Source of the DNA: Ranitomeya imitator
Taxonomy: Eukaryota
Length of the DNA: 64,000 nucleotides
Assembly: GCF_032444005.1 (NCBI RefSeq)
Contig: NC_091287.1
Span: 246,264,001-246,328,000 of the forward strand
Direction: 5' to 3'
Shown here: piece after piece, positions 38,190-50,270 of the stretch
How the letters are laid out: every line of letters begins with the position of its first letter
Position numbering within the stretch: the first letter of the stretch is position 1
Program-made: the position numbers and the translations under genes
Notes under the pieces: model-generated
Told to the model about the DNA's origin: nothing
What the model saw: the letters and a program-made list of their open reading frames with translations, nothing else
The model's database searches: none

Positions 38190-39304
38190 GTATATATGTT
38201 TTTACGATTTTTTGAGCACATGGATCCATTGTATGTCTGTATGTCAGTTTTGCATGCCTGCGAGAAAATCTCGCAGTACGGATGCCATACGGATTACATA
38301 CGGAGGATGCCATGCGCAAAATACGCTGACACACCCTGCCTACGGAGTACTTACGGATCACCATTTTTTGAATTTTGTGGCGTATTACAGCCGTATAATA
38401 TGGACCGTATTTTTATACGCTGAGTGTGAGGCCGGCCTTAAAGTGGAGGACACTCATTATAGGGCTCTCTTGATCTCAGCTGTAGGGCAGCACAATCATT
38501 CATGGGTTAGTTTATTATTAGGGAATAGCTGTGCCTTGTCCTATATTTTGTGACTCTACAAGTGCAAGAGGGCTGATGTGATTTCTGATATTGCAGTTGG
38601 GGGGCACAGGGCACTGCCTAAATGATTAGTCCAGAGTGGAGATGGAAGGGTACGTGTTTGTAGTGTTTTAACACTGCAAAGACATCTTTTATAGAATTAT
38701 TTCTGTTGACTATAATGAAGTGATCTTTTCTTTTTTTTTTCTTACAGCCAATGGAAAGTATAAAAAATATATAGAGTAGTTTCTATTCCCTTCTATGAAG
38801 GAGTTCGATCCAAACTTCCTTTGTGAAGCTTACCTTGTGAAGTCTCTGGAATCTGACTTCTGCACATTACTTATTGATTTTACTGTCAGTCATCCAGGAT
38901 CTCGTACTTTATTACTTGGTGGGACATAGAATTTCAAGTTCCATTTATAAAGTATTTTAGAATGCTTTTTGACTGTTTCTAAATCAGATTACATACTTGT
39001 GTCAGAAAGCGTTAAAGTCAAGATGGCGAGGATTGGACATTTGTAAATTTCTTTACCAACTCTCACTAGTTTATTACAGAGCACTTGTGGCCAAAATCAA
39101 TAGTAAATGTAAATATTATAAAAGCTCTTCATGTTTGTAATGTTTTATGGTGGGGTTCAAATCTTTTCAGCAGTTTTTATTTCCATAATTGCTATTTCAT
39201 ATAACTATTCTTGCTTTAGCCCTGGAATGGAACATCTGCCTGGTTATGTATTAATATTCTGTATTTTTCTATATTATTGTATTGGAATACAGATTTTCCA
39301 TTAA

Positions 39305-39642
39305 CCCCTTAACCCCCTACCATTTTCCATTTTCGTTTTTTGCGCCTCTTCTTCCCAGAGCCAGACCTCTGGTTGTCCTGCCAACCCATTGATGGCCCGC
39401 GATCACGTGATGGGGTCACCAATGCGTGAGATTTCCGGCGCACTCCCTGAAGCGCAGAGTTTGACAGTGGCATTTAATGGGTTAACAGCCGCTGGTGGAT
39501 CGCTATTCCACCCTGTTAGAGGCACAAGTCAGCTATCCAAAACAGCTGAAATATGCCGGGAAAGATGTGAGCTCAGCGCCAAAGCCCACATCAAAGGGAG
39601 TGAGTGCGACATGGGCGTATTATTACACACGTCGGAAAGGGG
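39305..39642. mobile_element. piggyBac-type MITE
   Basis: TTAA|CCCCTT ... AAAGGGG|TTAA. Confidence 0.65.
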
Positions 39643-41282
39643 TTAACCCGTTTACTCCAAAGGTTGTTTGCACGTTAATGACAGGCCAATTTTTACAATT
39701 CTGACCACTGTCACTTTATGAAGTAATAACTCTGGAACCCTTCAATGGATCCTGGTGATTCCGAGAGTGTTTTTTCGTGACATATTGTACTTTATGATAC
39801 TGCTAACATTTCTTTGATATGACTTGCATTTATTTGTGAAACAGAAAAGGAAATTTGGAGAAAATCTTGAAAATGTTGCAATACTCAAAAATTGAATTTT
39901 TATGCCCTTAAATCGCAGAGATATGTCACACAAAATACTTAGTAAATAACATTTCTAAAATGTTATCTCTACATTAGCACAATTTTGGAACCTTTTTTTT
40001 TTAAGTTATAAGGGTTAAAAGTTGACCATGAATTTCTCATTTTTACAACAAAATTTACAAAACCTTTTTTTGGGACCACATCACATTTGAAGTCACTTTG
40101 AGGGCTCTATATAATAGAAGACATCCCCAAATGACACCATTCTAAAAACTGCACCCCTCAAGGTGCTCAAAACCACATTCAAGAAGAGTATTATTCCTTC
40201 AGGTGCTTCACAAGATTTTTTGGAATATGTAAAAGAAATGAACATTTAACTTTTTTCACAAAAAATTTACTACAGATAACATTCTTTTTATTTTGACAAG
40301 AGTAACAGGAAAAAATGGACCCCAAAATTAGTTGTGTAATTTCTCTTGAGCATGCCGATACCCCATATGAGGGAGAAAACCACTGTTTGGGCACACGGCA
40401 GAGCTCGGAAGGGAAGGAGCTCCATTTGACTTTTTGAATGCGAAATTTGCTGGAACAATTGGCGGATGTCATCTCGTGTTTGGAGAGCCACTGATGTGCC
40501 TAAACAGTCAAAATCCCCCACAAGGGACACCATTTTGGAAACTAGATCCCTCAGGGAACTGAGTTAGATGTGTGGTGAGCACATTGAACCATCAGGTGCT
40601 TCACAGACGTTTATAACATTGAGCCATAAAAATAAAAAAAAAATCAAATTTTCCCCACAAACATGTTTTTTAGCCCCAAGTTTTGCATTTTCATAAGGGT
40701 AACAGGAGGAATTACACTATACAGTTTGTTGTGCAATTTCTCCTGAGTATGCCAATACCCCATATGAGGGAGAATACTACTCTTTGGGCACACGGCAGGG
40801 CTCAGAAGGGAAGGAGTAAAAGTTTCTGGAATCATTAGCGGACGTCATGTCCCATTTGGAGAGCCCCTGATGTGCCTAAACAGTGGAAACTTCCCCCAAG
40901 TTACCCCATTTTGTAAACTAGAACACTCAAGGAATGTATTTGGATGTGTGGTGAGCTCCTTGAACCCCCAGGTGCTTCACAGAAGTTTATAATGATGAGC
41001 CATGAAAATAATAAAATAACATTTTCCTCGCGAAAATGTTACTTTGACCCCAAATTTTGCATTTTCATAAAGGTAACAAGAGAAATTGCACCCATACAGT
41101 TTGTTGTGCAATTTCTCTTGATTACACTGATACTCCATATGTGGGGGAATACTACTTTTCATGTTCAGTGCAAAGCTCAGAATGGAAGAAATGCCATATT
41201 CAGATTTTGCTGGAATGGTTTGAGGGTGCCATGTCACATTGGCGTAGCCCCTGAGGTGCCAGAACAACAGAAACCCCTACAC

Positions 41283-41466
41283 CAGGGGTGTCAAACTGCA
41301 TTCCTTGAGGGCCGCAAACAGGTCATGTTTTCAGGATTTCCTTGTATTGCAAAGGTGATAATTTAATAACCTGCACAGAATGATTCCAGCACCTTGTGTA
41401 ATGCAAAGGAAATCTTGAAAACACCCATGGTCTGAGGCCCTCGAGGAATGCAGTTTGACACCCCTG
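41283..41466. mobile_element. hAT MITE (184 bp)
   Basis: CAGGGGTGTCAAACTGCATTCC ... GGAATGCAGTTTGACACCCCTG with the 8 bp TSD CCCTACAC. Confidence 0.92.
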
Positions 41467-41471
41467 CCCTA

Positions 41472-42800
41472 CACTGTGTTCCAAATTATTATGCCCAAAG
41501 AGTTTAGGAGTGATAAGTTTAGATTTTTTTTGTTTGTCATTTAAACTCATTGATGGTGATGTGTGTCAGGGATCTTTATATCACTGAAAGCAAGTAAAGG
41601 CAAGACTACTTAAGAAGGCTGTTCCACATTATTAAGCAGCCTACATTTTTGGCCAAAATGGGAAAGAAAAAGGATGTGTCGGCTGCTGAGAAGCAACAAA
41701 TTGTGAAGTATTTAGGTCAAGGCATGACTACAATCAACATTGCCAAGACATTTCATCGTGATCATCGCACAATGAAGAAGTATGTAGCTGATTCCCAGCA
41801 CACATGTGTGCGTGCTGATAAGGAAAAATTGAGGACTCTTTCCAACAGGCAATTGTGTAAGGTTAAAAAAGCAGCTGCAAAAATGCCTTGTCATAGCAGC
41901 AGACAAGTTTGTGAAGCTGCTGGTGCCATCAACGTCCCCAGAACAACAAGATGCAGGGTCCTTCAGAGGTTTGCAGCTGTGCGTAAGCCATTCTGTCGAC
42001 AACCTCTGTCCTCTGCACACAAGCAGAAACGGCTCCAGTGGGCCAAACGATACATGAAGACTAACTTCCAAACTGTTTTGTTCACCGATGAGTGCCATGC
42101 AACGCTCGATGGTCCAGATGGATGGAGTGGAGGATGGCTGGTTGATGGACACCCCATGAAAACACGGCTAAGGCACCAACAAGGAGGAGGTGGAGTAATG
42201 TTTTGGGCTGGAATCATGGGGAGAGAGATTGTCGGCCCCTTTATGATCCCTGAAGGGGTAAAGATGAACTCCATAATCTATGTGGAGTTTCTAAAGCAAC
42301 ACTTCCTGCCATGGTTCAAGAGGAAGAACCGTGCTTTCCGCAGCAAGATCATTTTCATGCATGATAATGCACCATCTCATGCTGCAAAAAACACACCTGC
42401 ATCTCTGGCTGCTATGGGCATAAAAGAGGACAAACTTATGGTGTGGCCACCATCTTCCCCTGACCTCAACCCCACTGAGAACCTCTGGAGCATCATCAAA
42501 AGGAGTGTCTATGATGGCGGGAGGCAGTTCACATCTAAGCAACAGCTCTGGGAGGGTATTCTGTCCACATGCAAAACAATTGAAGCAGAAACCATCCAAA
42601 AACTGACAAATTCAATGGATGAGAGAGTTCAGAAGCTTCTTTCGAACAAGGGGTCCTATGTGCAAATGTAACATCACCTAGAATAAAGTTTTCACTTGAA
42701 AACTGTTTGATTTAATTTTGTAATAAGCTGATAATGCCTATAACTTCACAATTGACCATTTTTTTGTTCACAATTAAATAAAAAAAGGTTGAAAACTCTG
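41472..42800 (+). mobile_element. Tc1-family DD37E (TRT-like) element; right TIR missing
   Basis: TA|CACTGTGTTCCAAATTATTATGC left end. No reverse-complement copy is found downstream; the sequence reverts to the host element near 42801. Confidence 0.8.
41658..42671 (+). CDS. DD37E transposase, uninterrupted ORF (337 aa from ATG 41658)
   Basis: LFTDECH, FMHDNAPSH and WPPSSPDLNPTE motifs; 37 residues between the second D and E. Confidence 0.88.
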   Translation: MGKKKDVSAAEKQQIVKYLGQGMTTINIAKTFHRDHRTMKKYVADSQHTCVRADKEKLRTLSNRQLCKVKKAAAKMPCHSSRQVCEAAGAINVPRTTRCRVLQRFAAVRKPFCRQPLSSAHKQKRLQWAKRYMKTNFQTVLFTDECHATLDGPDGWSGGWLVDGHPMKTRLRHQQGGGGVMFWAGIMGREIVGPFMIPEGVKMNSIIYVEFLKQHFLPWFKRKNRAFRSKIIFMHDNAPSHAAKNTPASLAAMGIKEDKLMVWPPSSPDLNPTENLWSIIKRSVYDGGRQFTSKQQLWEGILSTCKTIEAETIQKLTNSMDERVQKLLSNKGSYVQM

Positions 42801-43872
42801 ATCATATTGACACCACATGTGCCTCATATCATTTTATACCATTGAGTGGTAATGAAAGAATAAATTACATTTTTACGACTAAAATGTTATTTTAGCCCCA
42901 AGTTTTTAATTTTTCTAAGGGCTAAAAGGATTTTTTTTAAACAATCTGAGCTCCATTGTTTCCTGAGTGCGCCAATACCCTACATGGAATCAGGAAATAT
43001 TTTTCAAGCACAATGCAAAGCTCAAAAGGCAAGGAGCGCCAGATTTTACTGTTATGTCTTGCAGGTGCCATGACTCGGTGGGAGAGCCCATTAGATGCTA
43101 GAACAACAGAACTCTGCATGGGTGACCCAATTTAACAAACTACACATCTCAATTAATTCATCTAGGGGTACAGTGATCATATTGACACCATGAGTGTGTC
43201 ACAGAATTTTCTACCATTGGACAGTGAAGAAAAAATAACTACATTTTTTACCAACAAAATTTTGTTTTAGCCCCAGATTTTACATTTTCACACAAAAACT
43301 GGGTAAAAATGGCACCAAAATTTGACCCACAATTTCTTCTGAATGTGGCAATACCCCATATGTGGCTGTACAGTACTACTTAGCCATACGGAGAGACTCG
43401 GAAGGAACAGAGCACTATTTGCCTCCTGGAGCGCAGATTTTCCTAGAACAGTTTGTGGACTCCATATATAGAGCCACTAATTGCTGAAAGAGCAGAATCC
43501 CCCCCTCAAGTGACCTCATTTGGGAAACTATAGACCTTGGGGAATTTATCTACAGGTGTAGTTATGATGTTGACTCAATGGGTATTTTCCAGAAGCAAGT
43601 AGCATTGAATGTTGCAACTACAACTGCTGTTGTAGTTACCAGTACGCTGTAGTCACCAATATATTTTGCCCAGCCCGTCCTCGTGGAGGCATGCAGCCAT
43701 AAGTTAGGCAGGCTCTCATCACTTCAGAAATGCCAAATGTATATGCAATATGTGGTTTAGGTACACTGTGGGGCTCAGAAAGGAGGGGGCATATTGGTAT
43801 TTGAGAGCATAGAATTTGTTGAATTTCTTTTGGTGGGTGAGGAGCCATTTTGCTTTTCCAGAGCTTTTGCAC

Positions 43873-44030
43873 TACGTGGGCTGTGCAATATACTACATAG
43901 CTGGGCAATATACTATGTGGCTGGGTAATATACTACGTGGCTGGGCAATATACTACGTGGCTGGGCAATATACTACGTGGACATGCATATTCTAGAATAC
44001 CCCATGCATTAGAATCGGGCCACCATCTAG
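43873..44030 (+). mobile_element. Helitron 3' end fragment with 21 bp tandem repeats
   Basis: (ggctgggcaatatactacgt)n followed by ...agaatcgggccaccatCTAG|T next to (TA)n. Confidence 0.6.
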
Positions 44031-44033
44031 TAA

Positions 44034-44086
<53 letters not shown>

Positions 44087-44135
44087 CAGTACTTAAAATT
44101 CATTCAGGACAAAATCAGCCACAATGAAAGTCTTA

Positions 44136-44633
44136 AGGTACCGTCACACTAAACGATATCGCTAGCGATCCGTGACGTTGCAGCATCCTGGCTAGCGATA
44201 TCGTTCAGTTTGACACACAGCAGCGATCAGAATCCCGCTGTGATGTCGTTGGTCGCTGCAGAAAGTCCAGCACTTTATTTCGTCACTGGACTTCCTGCTG
44301 ACATCGCTGAATCGGCGTGTGTGACGCCGATTCAGCGATGTCTTCGCTGGTAACCAGGGTAAACATCGGGTTACTAAGCGCAGGGCCGACAGACAGCGGA
44401 AGGTAAGTATGTAGTGTTTGTTTTTTTTTTACTTTTACGCTGGTAACCAGGGTAAACATCGGGTTACTAAGCGCGGCCCTGCGCTTAGTAACCCGATGTT
44501 TACCCTGGTTACCGGCATAGTTGGTAGCTGGAGAGCTGTCTGTGTGACAGCTCTCCAGCGACCAAACAGCGTCGCTGCAGCGATCCGGATCGTTGCCGGT
44601 ATCGCTGCAGCGTTGCTTAGTGTGACGGTACCT
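44136..44633 (+). mobile_element. Harbinger-type MITE (AGGTACC family), internally deleted copy
   Basis: TTA|AGGTACCGTCACACTAA ... TTAGTGTGACGGTACCT|TTA. Confidence 0.9.
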
Positions 44634-44789
44634 TTAGGGGCAAAACTAAAGATTAGACTACAAAATTGAAATGAACAAACATTCAGCCACGGGTAAGTTT
44701 AATTATTCATTAAATTGGTGCTCAGCAGACAGTTGACTGTAAAAGGGTGTTATTTAACAAAGAATAGTTCTTCCCCTTTCATGCTGTCA

Positions 44790-44990
44790 GTAATGGCATC
44801 GCAGGGAAGAGAAATGTCACAAGACCTGAGAATAAAAATAATTTCTTTACTCAAGAAATGTGAAGGCCACAAGAAGATCAGCAAAACCTTACTTATCTGT
44901 CAGAATACTGTAGCAAAAGTGATGCACAAATGTAACAAAGATGGAAATGCAACCATCTCACAGAGACCTTCAAGCCAACCACAGAAGTTA
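44790..44990 (+). pseudogene. Tc1 transposase N-terminal fragment, followed by a T2-type MITE end at TTAA
   Basis: MASQGREMSQDLRIKIISLLKKCEGHKKISKTL...TVAKV, then TTAA|AGGGACACTGTCACC. Confidence 0.65.
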
Positions 44991-45839
44991 AAGGGACACT
45001 GTCACCTGAATTTGGAGGGAACAATCTTCAGCCATGGAGGCGGGGTTTGGGGGTTTTTGATTCACCCTTTCCTTACCCGCTGGCTGCATGCTGGCTGCAA
45101 TATTGGATTGAAGTTCATTCTCTGTCCTCCATAGTACACGCCTGCGCAAGGCAAGATTGCAGATACAATGTTTTGATCGTCTGTTATTGCATTTGCAATA
45201 TTGCAATGTTGCAGCGACCTCAAAAACTTAATTCTGGCGTTTTGATTTTTTTTTCTTGTTACGTGATTTACAGATCGGATTAATTTATATTTTGATGGAT
45301 GGGACATTCTTAAAGCAGCAAGACCAAATATGTGTATTTTTTTCTTTATTTTATTTTGAATAGAGCAAAAGGCTGGTGATTTGAACTATTGTATATTTTA
45401 ATATTTTGTAAAACTTTTTTTTTCCTTTTTATTTGCTTCAATAATCCCCTTAGGAGACTTGAATCTGGGATGAACTGATCGCTTGCGATACACATTGCAG
45501 GGATTCAGCCCTGCATTGTGTAGCAGAAATCTTCATCTCCTATGAACGGCCAGTGTTCATAAGAGATCTGCAATAACAACCACAAGAGTCTTCTGCAGAC
45601 CCTCGGCTATCATGCCAGCACATCATCATCCCACTGTCACGTGACAGAGGTGGCAATGGGCAGGACTTATCACTTGCTCCAGTTAAATGCCGCTGTTAGT
45701 TATTGACAACTGCATTTAACAGATGCGGTTGGATCGTGCTTCCACCCAAGGCTGTTAGAGGCATGTGCTGGTAAAGATGCAGGTTCAGTACTTGACTATC
45801 TAGGATGTACTTACACGTCTAGGGTCAAAATGGGATTAA

Positions 45840-46042
45840 CCCTGCTGTTCTGTTGGTCAAAAATGACCGACTTTGAACTTCAATATTCTTTAAAATATTC
45901 AAGATGCGGCTCTGAAACCCGTGGCCGACCGACCCATCCTCATTTAAGTCAATCAACCACAAGTTTCAGAACCGCATCTTGAACACCCCAAAAAATACCA
46001 AAGTTCAAAATAGGTCTCCCCAGACCGAACAGAACAGCAGGG
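45840..46042. mobile_element. piggyBac-type MITE (203 bp)
   Basis: TTAA|CCCTGCTGTTCTGTT ... AACAGAACAGCAGGG|TTAA. Confidence 0.85.
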
Positions 46043-46431
46043 TTAAATATGTGAAATGCATGCTCGATGAGGTTGAGATCTGAGGATTGACTCCGCCATT
46101 GCAGAACATTTTACTTCTTTGCCTTTTCATACCTTTTATCTGCAGAACTGATTATGAATAAACGAGCCCATGCAGACCATTAAAGAGCTTTTGAGGTAAT
46201 TGTCCAATTATTTTTGGTCCCTTTAAAAAGAGGCAGCTACATATTAAAGAGTTGTAATTTCTAAGCTCTTACTCCAATTAGTATGTAAATACCCTCAAAT
46301 TAAAGCTGAGAGTCTGCACTTTAAGCCCATATTGATTTTATAACATTATCTTAAATTTATTCTGGTAAACAGCTAAAATGCCAAAACTCAAAACTTGTGT
46401 CAGTGTCCAAATATTTCTGGACCTAACTGTA

Positions 46432-47500
46432 TAGGTATTTGGAACTGATGGCTTCAAAACTATATTGCATCACAAAGGTGAGGAGTACAAAGAAAAATAC
46501 ATTGTGCCTATGGTGAAACATGTTGGTGTCCGTGTCCTTATGTGAGACCATTAAGGTCCTTACGTACCTTTGGTAGACATGCACTTTTTCACCATGACAA
46601 TGATTCAAAAACACTCATCAAAGCCCATTGTTTCAAGAACTACAGGGTGAAAATGATTCAATGCCCAAGTATGGGCATCCTAGACTGTGGTCTAGGAACA
46701 CTTTGAGTGACAAATCAGCCACTCCATGGAATCTGGAGTGTGTGGGATTGTTGGTGGTGTGAGTGACAGTCCAGTCATCCAATCTGATCCTGGGATGTGC
46801 TAGGCTGTTAGCATTTTGATTCACAGTCCTGCTACTCTATCTGTTAAAGTCTGCTGGCGTTTCCTCAGGTGCCTCCTGTCTTTAATTATTTGCAAGCTAT
46901 TTAGCTGGCTAGCTGTTATTAGTCAGTGTCAGTGGTAGCTTTGCCTAAGCAGGTTGTGTTTGCTTATCTCTGTGCCTCTTTCCTCTGACCCTGTCACCGG
47001 ACCTTGAATTTGTTGTGACTTCTCTTGTGCATTCCCCTTCTGCTTTTGACGCTGTCTGACTTTCTGACTTTAGGTATCTGACCCTGGAATTAGCCTCTAA
47101 CTATCCATTTCTTGTACTCCTTAATTTTGATGTACTTTCCTGACATTTGACTCTGGATTGTTTACTGACCACGCTTTTGACTTACCCTTCTGCACTTCGA
47201 GTCCTCCTGGTTCCTGACCTCGGACTTCCTAAGTAACCTGTCTCACAGCTTGCCTGTGAGTAGTAAGTCAGGGTCACAGTATGTCTCCTGATCTCAACCC
47301 AATCGAACACCTATGGGGAATTCTGAAGAGACTTGTTGAGCATCCCTCTCCATCCAGCATCCAAGCTCTAAAAGAGGTCATTCTTGAACAATGGAAATAG
47401 ATGTTGCAATCTATCAAAAACTTGTTCATTCCAAGCCTACACAGCTTGGTACTGTCCTTAATAATCATAGAGGTCATACAAAATACTAGATATAGTTGTT
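46432..47500 (+). pseudogene. Degraded Tc1 transposase interrupted by a 605 bp LTR-like insert (46674-47278)
   Basis: IVPMVKHVG and MSPDLNPIEHLWGILKR motifs. The insert is flanked by a GTATG direct repeat and ends ...TCACA. Confidence 0.55.
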
Positions 47501-48271
47501 TTTTATGTAAGGTGTATTTATTTTTGCTTTAATAAATTTGATTAAACCTAAAGACTTTTGTAAAGTTATATCATTAACCTTACTTTAATGTTATAGGTTG
47601 ACAAAATGAAAAAAATGTTCTATGACACTCTTGTCAAAACTTTATAAATTGTTCTTGTGTTTAGTCAGATATTGATTAAAATCTTACTTTTCAGAGAAAG
47701 TATACTGATTTATGTTGAACACTGTATATGTACTGTATAACCACACTCATCAACTTTGAAATTGCACTACCAAGAAGGAAAAGTCGTGGAACTATGAAAA
47801 ACACTGGATCGACAGATATGCCAATGATATGCAAATTTAAAAAAATGGAAACAAAGTGTGAGTTACAGTTGCACGTGCAGTAATACATGCATTTATACAC
47901 CTTGGCATGCAATCAGTGAGGGTATTAATGGTTGTCTGATGATGGTTCTGCTATACTGAATGCAGTTGGGCAGATAAATCACCTAAATCTGCTGTTAATA
48001 GCTCCCTTTGCTATGATATCTTCGATAAGAGACAAATTCCCTGCATGCTGCAGGCCATTGTAGCGCATTTAAACCACGCAGGCTGATCACAATAGCAGGA
48101 CCAACATTTGGCCTAGTGTTGTGTTGATAAATGGCTCCTAGGAAACTTTGAATAAATGGCTGACATGATCTTGGGTGCTTGCTTCTTCACAATGTCATCT
48201 AACTATCATATCACATGGTATTACTGCAGTCAATCAGGAAAAATTGACGCATAATGCAAGTAGTAGGCTTA

Positions 48272-48891
48272 AGGTACCTTCACACTAAACAACTTCACAA
48301 CGATATCGCTAGCGATCTGTGACGTTGCAGCGTCCTGGCTAGCGATATCGTTGTGTTTGACACGCAGCAGCGATCAGGATCCTGCTGTGATGTCGTTGGT
48401 CGCTGCAGAAAGTCCAGAACTTTATTTTGTCGCTGGACTCCCTGCAGACATCGCTGAATCGGCGTGTGTGATGCCGATTCAGCGATGTCTTCACTGGTAA
48501 CCAGGGTAAACATCGGGTTACTAAGCGCAGGGCCGCGCTTAGTAACCCGATGTTTACCCTGGTTACCATCGTAAAAGTAAAAAAAAAACAACACTATATA
48601 CTTACCTTCTGCTGTCTGTCCCCGGCGCTCTGCTTCTCTGCACTCCTCCTGCATCCTGTGTCAGCGTCGGCCAGCCGGAAAGCACAGCGGTGACGTCACC
48701 GCTCTGCTTTCCGGCCGCTGTGCTCACAGTCAGTGCAGGAAAGCAGAGCGCCGATGTTTACCCTGGTTACCGGCATCGTTGGTCGCTGGAGAGCTGTCTG
48801 TGTGACAGCTCTCCAGCGACCAAACAGCGACGCTGCAGCGATCGACATCGTTGTCGGTATCGCTGCAGCGTCACTTAGTGTGAAGGTACCT
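48272..48891 (+). mobile_element. Harbinger-type MITE (AGGTACC family)
   Basis: TTA|AGGTACCTTCACACTAA ... TTAGTGTGAAGGTACCT|TTA. Confidence 0.9.
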
Positions 48892-49680
48892 TTAGGCTGG
48901 GAATGCAGCAGCCATTGGAGGGTGATTTTAGAGTTGATGTCAGAGCTCACAGCACAGCATTAAAGGCAGAAAGTGTATGCCCTAAAATATAAGACAAATT
49001 CTCCTGACAGAAATGTGTTGGATCTAATAAAGAAATTCAATTGATAAAGGGGGGGGAGAGATAGCAAAGGTGCAAGAAGCAGTGACAGATCTAGTGTGGT
49101 TCATCAATTATATGGTTTAGTGTATCTGTCATCAATACATTTCAATTACAATAGCTTTTATTTTTCTTCATTCACAATGCACTAGAAAGCCGAAGAAAAG
49201 CAGGACAATATTTTTGAGAGAAAAAAAAATTCAAACCAAACTCCGTCAGACGGTATGTTTGCTTGTCACAAGTGACCCTACGGAAATTTTTAATTTCTTG
49301 TGCAGCCTTTTTTGTAAAGAGGAAAGTTTATTTTTTATATCACAAAGCAAAATTCCCCCAAATCCAGACATTTAACTGTATCTTTCAACTATACAAAGTG
49401 TGCCTGTTGCAATCAATTTTGTTTTTGCACATGTTTTACTAGGTCAATTTTACATTTGTACATATCACACAAATAATGTGCCCTATTGCTGGTGCTGGCA
49501 GTTTAGACATGTACCTATCTAACATTTGTTACCTTGTCATGGGATTGAATATTATTAAAAAGTATTTTTAAAATGACGTTTCACTGTACATGTTTTTGCA
49601 ACAATTTTAGGTTACTGTAAGGTGACTGAAGCTAGATCAGGTTGTCATAATGCAGAAACCTGCTCATAACTTACCATATA

Positions 49681-50270
49681 CAGTATACTCGAGTATAAGC
49701 TGACCCGAGTATAAGCCGAGGCACCTAATTTTGCCATGGAAAACTGGGTAAGCTTATTGACTCAAGTATAAGCCTGGGTATGCATTGTCCCCTCATCCCT
49801 GTCCTGCTATGTGTGGCTCCCCCGTTGTATGCATGGCTCCACCGTCCTCCCCCATGTAAGCATGGCTCCCCCATACTCCCCCGTGTATGCATGGCTCCAC
49901 CGTCCTCCTCCGTCATATTCACCCCCTCCTGGTGCAGTCTCTGCACTTCCCTGCTTCTCTGTTGTCCCAGGGCCGGCAGCTATTCCTGTATTGAGCGGTC
50001 ACATGGTTCCGCTCATTAAGGTAATGAATATGCGCTCCACACCTATGGGAGTGGAGACACGTACATATTCATTACCTTAATGAGCGGTACCATGTGACTG
50101 CTCTGCACAGGAAGAAGCTGCCGGCGCCCGGATAACGGAGATGCAGGGATGGAGATCCAGCGACAGAGGGTGAGTATTGATGTCTGACGCGTGTATAAGC
50201 TGAGGAGGGGGGCGTTTTCAGCACAAAAAAAATGTGCTGAAAATCTCGGCTTATACACGAGTATATACGG
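49681..50270. mobile_element. Tc2/pogo-type MITE with an internal hairpin of about 33 bp arms
   Basis: TA|CAGTATACTCGAGTATAAGC ... GCTTATACACGAGTATATACGG|TA. Confidence 0.8.

Larger units (their letters stand above)
27495..38437. mobile_element. PIF/Harbinger-type non-autonomous element hosting nested Tc1, Helitron and Gypsy insertions
   Basis: TTA|GGCCGGCCTCACACT ... AGTGTGAGGCCGGCC|TTA (perfect 15 bp TIR, matching TSD). It could instead be two half-elements. Confidence 0.65.
39647..43870. mobile_element. Second, older and truncated piggyBac-type non-autonomous element related to 8470-13645
   Basis: TTAA|CCCGTTTACTCC...gccaatttttacaattctgaccactgtcactttatg is shared with the 8470 element, and diverged copies of the 390 bp unit are present. 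No right TIR found. Confidence 0.7.

Noticed and set aside
37196-38553. Several 60-240 aa Cys/Pro/His-rich ORFs
   Set aside because: They are translations of the 34 bp and 57 bp minisatellites and (TA)n, with no domain or splice support.
38720-38900. Strong polypyrimidine tract plus CAG, suggesting a missing dynein exon
   Set aside because: All three frames stop within about 30 nt, there is no dynein similarity, and the flanking exons already join without a gap.
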